A DNA stretch of 61,479 nucleotides, the filler included, from Catajapyx aquilonaris (taxonomy: Eukaryota), in assembly GCA_000934665.2 (NCBI GenBank). It is 3 parts of 3 records of this genome, joined end to end, with 100 filler letters (N's around TTAATTAATTAA, not from the genome) between each part and the next. Parts side by side here need not be neighbours in the genome. Positions count along the whole stretch, not along the records: positions 40,967 to 61,479 come from KZ539507.1; 2 more parts are not named here. The stretch is one strand, 5' to 3'. Below the pieces are notes generated by a model. That model did not search any database. It saw only the letters and a list, made by a program, of their open reading frames with translations, and had not been told where the DNA came from. Shown here piece after piece: positions 45,884 through 55,774 of this stretch. How positions within the stretch are numbered: position 1 is the stretch's first letter; the number at the start of each line of letters is the position of its first letter. Position numbers and translations under genes: made by a program.

Positions 45884-47568
45884 ATGAAGGTGCCCAGATC
45901 ATTCTGGATAATTTCGCTACTCCTTGTGTCCATCTTGGTAAGGCCAATCAGAATTACTGCAGTAAATCAGTGAGACTTTAAATATAGTTATGTTCCTTCT
46001 CACCAATTTTAAAGTAAGTTGCAAGAAATGTTTTTTTGCTGTTGACAAATTATCATATTTAAAAACAGATGTTATTTCAAGCTGTCACAGGTCATGTCAC
46101 CAAATAGTAAATATTTTTTTGCAGGAGGACATAATGGGAGCTCAGAGAAGGCAACCTAAAAATAGGGGTAAGTACATTGAAAAATTCAGATTTGTGTCTT
46201 ACAGTTATAGTGCAATATAAACTGTACCTACTTCTGATATATTGACGAAGAAGAGATGCCAAATATACCCAGATCCATCGATTGCGATTAGATACAATGA
46301 CTTTTATGGACATGTGGTCATTTCGATAAATTATGAATTACAAGCAAGTAGATTAACAATATATATTAATAAGCATTCAAGTTATTACAATCAAAACAAA
46401 CTGACTTAGTAACAGCAGTGCAAATATCTCTTTGATATTGGCTTTTTTTTTGCATAGGAAGGGTTCAGCCGAAAATAGCGAGACAAACTGGTGGTACATG
46501 CACTTTACCAGGATCCGTCATAATAATGGCAGCTTCGGTAAGTCTTCTGCTTCGTTTGAGAGACAAATCCACCGTCATTTATAATAATGATTAATACATA
46601 AATTAAAATGGCACAGAATAGTCCCCAGTTCGGCCAATGCTTCGCAGACACCAGGCTCGGAGAAGCGATCAAACGTTGCTCCGACCAAGGTCTCGCCAAA
46701 CAACGAATGAACAACAACAATGCAGGTAAGTTGAGGGTTAAAAAAGATTGGTACAACTGGAGCACAAACATGCAAACTATATAGGTCCAGGAAGGCAGCA
46801 AAATAGAATCAGAAGACCTCAGCAGAAGAGAAGGAGACAGAAGAGAGGCGTTGGAGACATGCTGAAGAGAGTTGGCGACATGATAAAGGGCTTCATACCT
46901 GAAGAGGTCAAAGCTCTCCTAAACCCAATCATCAAAGGAACCCTCGGAAACATTTTGCCTCCAAGGTTAGGCAGCATGGTCTCAGTGGACATGATCATAG
47001 ACTTCCTTACTGACATGAACGTATGGGACTATCTGATAAGCGAAGTGTTTGGAAGCGAAGACGGAGAAGAGCTGAGGGAAAACGTGGCAAAAGGATTTCG
47101 AAACAAAATGTTGGTGAGTCACAGAAAGTTCATCATTTCCACCTGACAAGTATTAGTGATTCTTATTTCTAATAGTGCTTGGATCAGTGCGTCTACGCCA
47201 ATGCCGGATTGGTAAGTGCTTCAAAATATTGTTCATTTAAAAAAATTGTTTTGACACTGTACGAACTATACACAGTTGGGGGAGAACCGGAAGCCGGACC
47301 ACCAAAAAGTGCTGTCCCTTCTTCGAGGTCATGCGACTGAAGGTCACGAGTGGACATCTGACCTGGAGGACACTTATTGGAGGTGCATGAAGGAGCAGGC
47401 AAAGGAGACGAGGAACGATGCCTGCTTCAAGCAAGGGTGTCAGGCCAGTGTCCTCTCGGCCCAGTGCATGCTTGACGTCTTGGCAAGGGTCAGTTCAGGT
47501 CACTGTTGGGAAAATAGAGCTAACAATAGGCGTCTTAATTGCAGCTTTGTGGCGCCATCGAGCCATGA
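45884..47568 (+). CDS. Long OBP-like secreted protein C, ~295 aa. Exons: 45884-45937, 46125-46167, 46458-46537, 46617-46725, 46785-47113, 47176-47211, 47276-47488, 47545-47568
   Basis: Signal-like MKVPRSFWIISLLLVSIL; same exon phases as B; RRRQKR|GV; 10 Cys. Confidence 0.83.
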
Positions 47569-48362
47569 CTACACATTCAAAATCGGGAATACTTTCAAAT
47601 CACAATTATTAATATACTCATTAAATCAGATGATGATTGTGAAGTCGCGGACACAAAATAATTTAGTCAAATTATGCAAAAAAAACACATGTTCTGCTAA
47701 TAAAATACTTCCCATGACATTTACTGCTGTACGAACAAAAACAGAGGAAAGAACCTTGACAACAATGCCGCGCATTAAAATTGTGACAAACGTAATAAAA
47801 TGCGTTTGTATTCCATGAACAGCCAGTGGTATTTATGGAGCCGCATTCCTTCTCAGAATATGCTGCACTCTGCATTATAAGGAAAGTCATGATGGCAATT
47901 TTTTTTTGCGATAAAAACGGGGCATGCAAAATTGCGGAAACGCTTCCTGAGCAGGGACACAATGTGTGTTACATAATCCGCCCCATGCTTTTTTTTTTTG
48001 GTTATACGTTCGTGACGTCTGAGATATGGACAGGTGAGACATTCTTTAGTCAAGGAATTTGGCGGAAATGTGGGCAACCTCCAAAGGTCAAACCAATTTC
48101 AATCCAATTGCTGTCACATTACCTAACCGCAAAAGGCAGAAAAAACAACAGCAGTAAATACTACTGCACCTCAGGTCTGTTCAATGAAATTTTGGCCATA
48201 CATAAATATGCAAACCATGACCCTGAAGTAGTCACAGCATCCCGTCTCCATATATGTTTGGTCCACACGCGGCTATAAACAAAGCGATCCACTTTAGCAC
48301 ACGCCACTGGCATCTTTTTCGCGAATCCGCAGCGACTCACTTATCTCCAAATGACATCTTGG

Positions 48363-48369
48363 TATAAAA
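48363..48369 (+). promoter_or_regulatory. TATA box upstream of gene D
   Basis: TATAAAA 91 nt before the ATG. Confidence 0.45.
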
Positions 48370-48453
48370 ATGAGGCTCTACGTAGTTGGGGAGCTCAAAA
48401 GACAATTCCTTCCACTCACTGAAACTCTGCTACGAATCAAGAAGCTGTCTGCG

Positions 48454-50507
48454 ATGGACCAGAAAAAGTGCACATCCATCTACTCGCAAATATTTTTTGT
48501 CCTATGCTTGTTGGTGAGTATAATAAATTTTAGTGGTTAAAATGAGAGTGTGATTAATAAATTAATAGTCACGAGTATAACTGGCCTATTTCAGCCGCCA
48601 CAAAAAAAAAATGTGTAGACAAATTTACACTTCTTATTTATTCAGAGCTGAAGGAGAATTGAATGTAAAACGATCAGTCACATTCTTGATTCATTTTATT
48701 ATACGAGGGTGTGTATAGTAATGAACTTTGTATTATCCATTATGAAATGAACATTTTCCTTTCGCAAAATTAGGAGGCGATACACAATAATTTTTCTACT
48801 AGAAAATGACTAGAGAGCTGTACAATTGCGAACAATATGTGATTGATCGTTCTGCACACTTATTATTAGATGACCGATTAATAATTTATATTTTCTAAAC
48901 ACTCTGTATAGGGATGCGCCGCAGCAGCTAGCAGACAACCCGCATGGTCATTGGGTAAGGATAATTTACAACCCTATACATGAACTCTGCTAATTTGACA
49001 GTTAATTACAAGGCAATAAAATCATAATTATTAATTGAAATTATGAAAACAAATAAGTTAAAATGGATTGCTTGCTACTTTTCTAGGACGAGGTCGACTC
49101 GGTGCAAGAGGACGCCATGTTGAAGCCTGTGCCTTTCCTGGATCAGTTATTATAGTGGCCGCAGGGGTGAGTTGTTTATTAGTGTCTATTATAATGCCAC
49201 AAAATTACTTGAAATATAAAGGCAAAACTGTTCATGTAGTATCACACTCCTCTAACAGATGGCGCATCCTCCCTCTCTGCACACTAGCGCCATTCTCAGG
49301 TGGTGCGAGCGATAGTCGTACTATCAACTCGGACAAACAACTGTTAAGAGCGACAGAGCCGATTTTTAAATGATATACTGATAATGTCTTGTGCAGAAAG
49401 ACCCCAAGATCGGCGCGTGCTTCGACGACAACCGCCTGGGAAATGCCATCAAAGTGTGCGCTCACCCTGAAGAGGACCGGGACCAGACCAGGACCAGGCG
49501 TGGCATAGCGGACAGCTTGGAGCGAATGGGCGGGATGATGGCCCAGTTCATACCAGCGGAGTTCAAGGAGCTGGCAGACAAGATCCTTCAAGGGACAGTG
49601 GCCCAGCTAATGCCCGCTGACATGAGGGCCACTCTGACAGTGGACATGATGGTCGAGTTCATGACCAACATGGAGCTCTGGAAGGCCACAATCGACCAGT
49701 TCGTCGGAGACGCCCCAGCAGCAGCCGAAATGAACCATATACACCAAGCCCTCAACCTCTCGGTGAGTCACCGAAGTTATTTCCTCAGCAATGAGCTAAA
49801 CTATTGTACTCTACATTTCAGTGCCTGGATCAGTGTGTCTTCGAAAAGGCTGGATTGGTAAGCATTCTTTATAGTTAACACTTACCAGGTAGTACCACAT
49901 TCATCACATGGATGTCGCATACCACTACTGCCACTTAATAGGGTCATGCGTGAGAAAGTGGTACTATCAGCTCGGACAAACAATAAATTGGAAAGAGCAG
50001 TACAGCTCCGGTTATATGATATTTATCTACAATTTTGGGACAGTTGGGTGATGACCAAAAGCCAGACGACCAGAAGGTCCTGGCTCTTCTCCTGGAGCAC
50101 GCGGAGGCCAATCCGAGACTGAGCCGAGATTGGGTCAACGCCCTGGAGAAGAACTACAGGAGTTGCCTGGAGCTGCAGGCTAGAGAAGTTAGACCACCCA
50201 AGTGCGTCAAGGCAGAGTGTCTTGACAGCAGTTTGGCAGCCCAATGCATGCTGGATGCCCTTGCTAGGGTCAGTCTCACAGGTCATGTTTAGGTCAACAG
50301 TCACTGTCTATTCAAGTCAATTTTAGGCACAGTTTATGTGAAAGAAACAGTCATACATATTGTACTGTATACATTTAAAAAATAGATGACTATAGCCTTT
50401 TATATCAAAGAATAGCGGACAGTTGACCAATTTGTAAATTATTTTTGGCAGTCCTTCAACCTCTCATTGTTTCCTTGTCTTTCTAGCTCTGCAGCGCGAT
50501 CCGCTAA
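48454..50507 (+). CDS. Long OBP-like secreted protein D, ~276 aa. Exons: 48454-48513, 48912-48954, 49087-49166, 49397-49762, 49822-49857, 50044-50268, 50487-50507
   Basis: Signal-like ...IFFVLCLLGCAAA; CAFPGSVIIVAA, GACF, KVC, RTRR|GI, CLDQCVFEKAGL, RSC, PKC, AEC-x8-C-x8-C. Confidence 0.8.
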
Positions 50508-50926
50508 TAGCAACAGCAGTTGTCGGTACCGCAAATAAACCAAGCAGTGTACTTTATTGTTGTCCGGTAAATGGATAAATAAAGAGGCTGGGAATACCCC
50601 CCAGCGAGCACTCACAATAATAATTCCTGCCCAGTAATTATCCCAAAAATATATGTGCCAGGGACAGAGGATGGACCTGAAAAATGTCTCGGACAATGCC
50701 CAGTGATTAGACCCCCCCGCTTTAACGGTTTATTTTAGAAATTATGATATTGGGCAAGGGGGTTTTGTCCGCTTCCTCTGGCGTGTTAGACCCTAACAAT
50801 GCACGCTTGATCGGAACAAGGGCCGGGTGGGGACAACACTCCCATGTCATTGTTGTCCAAGGTCTGGGGCCCGATAGCAGGTCTTTTATAGGGCCAGGAT
50901 TTCCCAAAGTGGGGACATTCGGGACC

Positions 50927-53900
50927 ATGGACGTCTTGGGGACTCTGCTGGCGACTCTCCTGTTGGCCACGGGGTTCGGCCCCGGGGCAAAAGGTCGGAA
51001 TCTGATGACCCCTGACCACCACATGATGGTCAAGCGGGGGTCATCCGGACTGGCACCACTCTGCATCTTGCCTGGAACTACAGCCGTTTTCCTCTTTCTG
51101 GTCAGTCTGTTCGAGAGTCTGTTATACGTATACAGTTAAGTTGACTGCAGAGAAGTAGTACACTTTGGTCATGTTTTCAGGCGCATGAGCAGTACGGATC
51201 TTGCTTCCGGGATAGTGACATTACGAGAGTTGTTGAGCTTTGCATCGGAGGAGCTGATGAGTATCCGGAAGAAGACGATGGCGGCGGAGGTGGAGGAGGC
51301 GAAGGAGCCCCAGCAGAAATGAAGGCCATGTCCCAGAACAAAAGTATGCGCATGCGCAGGCCGATCGCTGCTACTTATAACACCGACTATTCCTAAACGT
51401 GATTTTTTTTAAATAATATTTTGTAGCGTTGAAGCGTACCCGGAGGACCATTCCAGGGTTGATGGAACTGTTGAGCCAGCTTGGGATGGGCGCAAATTTC
51501 CTGACGCTGGTGCAGCCTTTGCTTTCCATTGTAATGCAGTTTGTCGGTATGTTCGTCGGGGGTTCTGGAGGAGACGGTGGAGCACCGGCTGATGCTCCAC
51601 AGGTAAGATATCAGCAGCAGGATTTACAATGGGGGGACATTATTCAATTCGGTGCATTTTGCAGGCTTTTGTGAGCCTTCGAAGGGCATTGGGGCGTGTC
51701 CAGATCATATCGAGACTGACGGATATCCCTGAGGAGGAGCTTCTCTACAGGATCCAGGATTACATGATCGATCATCACGTGACAGATCCAGCAGCGTACG
51801 AGCACCTGAACCAACTAGTCGAGAGCGTCCACCAGAGGAGCAAGAGGGCATCTGAGACAATCAACAATCCTTTCTTCCAGCAGCAACAGCAGGACAACAC
51901 CACTCCAGTTCCTCCTCCAGCCACTCTTCCTCCTCCACTATCCCTGGACATTTATCCGATCCTGGAACCTTTCTTACTCGCTTTTCTCAGGGTAGCTAAA
52001 CCATTCCTGCCCCTGTTCGTTCCTGGGATCGAACCAGACAACCCGTTCATAGCAGGCCTGAAGGATCTGGTGGAAGGTCGGAATCTCACCACCCAAGAAG
52101 TTCTGGCCGGATTCCTCCACTTCTTGCAATCACTCAATTACACTGGTGAGTCCTAACTTAAGCTCATATCAGTTTGTACCTGCTAACACTGCTTTCACTG
52201 TTTGGGTGTATAGAAACGGACATGGCTGAAGGACTGAGGTCATTCCTGATCAAAGTGGAGACCAGTCCTCGAGAGGTGCTTGAGCAGGTGGAGACTTGGA
52301 TCAGAGGAGCAGAGAGCAACGCCACTGATGCCTTGGATGGACTGAGAGACGTTGTGGAAGAACTGAACGGAACGGCCATCGGAGTGCTGGCCAGTCTGCA
52401 GTACATGACAGAACACGGACAGGTAAAGGTCACTGTCCTGACCCTCTCACGCGATTGTCGCCCTTGACTAACGCCTTAGTGACCTCAATATTGCACCTTT
52501 TATTCACACAGCTTCCGACCTTGCACACGTTGAATCCGGACCACTCCCAGGACAGGGATCGTCGTGCACTCAGAGTACCTTCATTCCTGGCGTACCTGCA
52601 GCCCAGGGGCATACGAATACCTGCAGTCATTCAGCCGGCCATCAACGCAATACTAGACGTGATCAAACCCTTCGTACCAGAAGAGAACAGGAACATGCTA
52701 ACGGCTGAACTTTTCCAGGTAATATCCCATCTAATATTATTCTGATTTTTACGAGGTACACACGTCACCAGAGTATAGTCAGCTGTAGATTTCTTACGAG
52801 CGCAACCGACTGCGCACCACCATTCGCGCAGCTCCTCTGCTGTGGAAGCGTTGGAAATAAGTGCAGAGCTTATCGACCAATACGCCCACTATACAGCGCT
52901 TACCAACTATCAGTGATAATTCCAACCCTGCAAGCTGCGCGAACTGTGGTGCGCACTCGGTTGTGCTAGTTTAAAAAAAATCATATATAGTACCCATAAC
53001 AGCCGTCTCATTTGACTGATTGTTTGCAGGAAGCATTGTCGGACCCTCAAAACCTGCAACTGACTTTGAGCACACTTATGCCCGAGTTCCTGAGGCCATT
53101 CATCGACGCACTTCCGGTGGAATACATCTTCAGGAGGATACCTGTAAGTTCAACAAACAGACGGGAACAAACCGAAACGGGCCGATTTGCTTCGGTTACC
53201 TTTTCATATACCAATGTTTTCCATTACAGTGCGTGGACCGATGCGTCTTCAGACGAATGGACTTTGTAAGTCACTCTGCGAAAATACTAACAATGCTCCG
53301 TTCACATGTCTATTGACCTTTTGACCTCATGTTGACCTATAGGATGACGAAGAGGGCGAGGCACCAGATGTGAACAAGGTGTTGGCGTACCTGAGGCGCG
53401 TGGCAGGAAGACAATGGCAGCCTACAGCTGAAGCAGAGTTCAGAAAATGCGTCTTCAGAGGTGCGCACACTTGACCTGGCCAGGGAGCATATACTACATA
53501 AGATGCGCAAACTTCGGTCAGCGCCATTGATTTCCGCGTCTCTCTGTTTGGGGCCGTTGCCAAGGCTGGCGGCCATTTTGAAGTGGGGGCAACGCCAACG
53601 AGGTGTAAATAGGGTACAGGCAAAAATAGGGTCCGCCATCTTTGATGGTTTTGGCGGACATGGGAACTACACGGCAAGAACACGCGCGAATCAAAGATGG
53701 CGGACCCTATTATTGCCTGTACCCTATTTATACCTCGTTGGCGTTGCCCCCACTTCAAAATGGTCGCCAGCCTTGGCAAAGCCCCAAACAGAGAGACGTG
53801 GAAATCGAATGCTTGCGCCTCTTATGTAGTATAATTATGCTCCCTGACCTGGCCATGTCAAATGACTGAAATGACCTTGACCTTTTTAATAATCTTCCAG

Positions 53901-54144
53901 CCCGCGACAACCTCTGCAAATTCGACGACTGCCAGCTGTACACCCAAGTCGGGGACTGCATGTCCATGGCTCTTATGGGGGTAACTACAAATCAAACCTA
54001 TAACCGCACTAAAAAAGAAAAGGTGTTGACCCTCGTATATTGTTTCAGCTGTGCTACCCCCAGTTCCAACCCGGAGGCTGGGATTACACCCGGACCCAGC
54101 AGGTGATCCAATCCTTGCCTGCTCGCAGGAGAAAGACCCACTGA
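50927..54144 (+). CDS. Very long OBP-like secreted protein E, ~617 aa. Exons: 50927-51100, 51181-51343, 51427-51602, 51665-52145, 52214-52422, 52512-52718, 53030-53143, 53230-53265, 53343-53460, 53901-53980, 54049-54144
   Basis: Signal-like MDVLGTLLATLLLATG; CILPG, GSCF, ELC, then a ~400-aa Cys-free insert, then CVDRCVFRRMDF (36-nt exon), RKC, NLC, DDC-x8-C-x8-C. All junctions are GT-AG and in phase. Confidence 0.78.
52796..52970. mobile_element. Small inverted-repeat element in an intron of gene E
   Basis: ~38-bp imperfect inverted arms (52796-52833 and 52933-52970); a related arm begins at 55584. Confidence 0.65.
53481..53846. mobile_element. MITE family 1, foldback form with two inverted arms, in an intron of gene E; TSD ACCTGGC
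   Basis: Same TIRs; ACCTGGC at 53474-53480 and 53847-53853; left half is the reverse complement of the right half. Confidence 0.88.
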
Positions 54145-54903
54145 TGCCAAGTGTCCAGGTGCGCCGACGACTTTCTCTCCAGGCTACAAATCGCCTCTAA
54201 GAAATTCGCCGACAGGGCCTTGAGGACATACCTGCAATTTATCGCCACGTACAACAACCGGACTAGATCTTCTGCTCCACCAATAAGTGCGGCAACCAAA
54301 AATCCGATGATATTTTTCACGCGTTTACTGGACCGACCATGGCCATCTAGCAGAGGTTAAAATTTTGGAAGTTTGCCCGGATTTATAACAATACGTGCAC
54401 CCCATACGAAGCCTTTAAAAATCCTGTGGCATCTTCATCTGGACGCACTATATACACCACAGAGGAAAAAAAATGAAGATCTTTCGAAGTGGCGGGAGTC
54501 GGGTGTCCAACGAACGTTACTGTGGCTTTGCCACGGAGAGCCGACTCCCGCCACTTCGTCGCGTAGTAAAGATCAGCCACAGATGGTGTTGCTATGCACT
54601 CATGACGGCACAAGCTCAGTGCAGGTGATCATAACCATAATATATTTTATATAATACTTGTATAATATTTAAAACATATTGGAGTGCGGCACTGTCCTTT
54701 TATATGTACACGCACCCAATTTTGAGAGATAACCAATAAAAGGTTACAGGAAGCTCCCGTTTGTTCTTTGCGATAAAAATCCATTTTTTTCTCTCTCTCA
54801 TAGATTATTTAGTACTATTCATGGGTCGCAGGAACCGGCTCTTCCTTTTGACTACAGTTGTTTACCGCAGATAATAGCCGCGGTAAATAGTCACACGCGA
54901 AAC

Positions 54904-55731
54904 ATGGCACAAGTCGCCTCTCTCCTTTTGTTGTCCGCCATCGCGTGTCTAGTAGCCGCCGATGGACAGGAACGCAACAAGGTATACGACACGACACGCT
55001 TATTCATTCAATCATTAGGCTAACGTAATGTAATATTGCTTATCATTCGATGCAGATCGCTTGTCCTGTACCCAGAAGAGCACCGCAAGAGTTGGTTCGA
55101 CTAGTCATGCATTGCAACAAGCTGCTCATGAAAGACGTTGTTCCGGTAAGTCAATGTCTACTATATACTATAGAGAAGAAGGCCTTTAGCCAAGGGGTTG
55201 TTTTTATATTGATTCAGACTGAACCACTTCAGCTCCTGAACCTCTGAATCATTACAAGAAAAAACCCGCCCAGAGTGAATACTCGATTACCACTTTCCGA
55301 GGTTGCTGTGTATTTGGCCGAAAAATTAAGAATATTGCTGGAAATGATTTTTTTTTTCCTGCATCGCTTCCCATTCCTAGCTGTTAATTACGTGGCCGGA
55401 GCGCTGGTTCCTCCTCCTCCTAGGACTCCCATTTCCCTGGCCACGACCGCTCCAGTCAGAAGTCCAAGGATGAACAGGATCACCACCATCAGGCTGGTGC
55501 ACCCTTTGCTATCGGCACCCATCTGGAAAAAAAGAAAAAAAAAAGAGATGGAAAATGGTAGTATTATAGACGAATAACGTTTAACGAGCGCAACCGAGTG
55601 CGCACCCACTGTCACGCAGCTCCATTGTTCCGACAACGTTGCCAGAGTTACTCCTCAGGGGCCACACTCACATAACCGATGAGGTTCGAATCGTTCGATC
55701 CAGAGGCATGGCAAAAGCGGGCCATTTTGTC

Positions 55732-55774
<43 letters not shown>

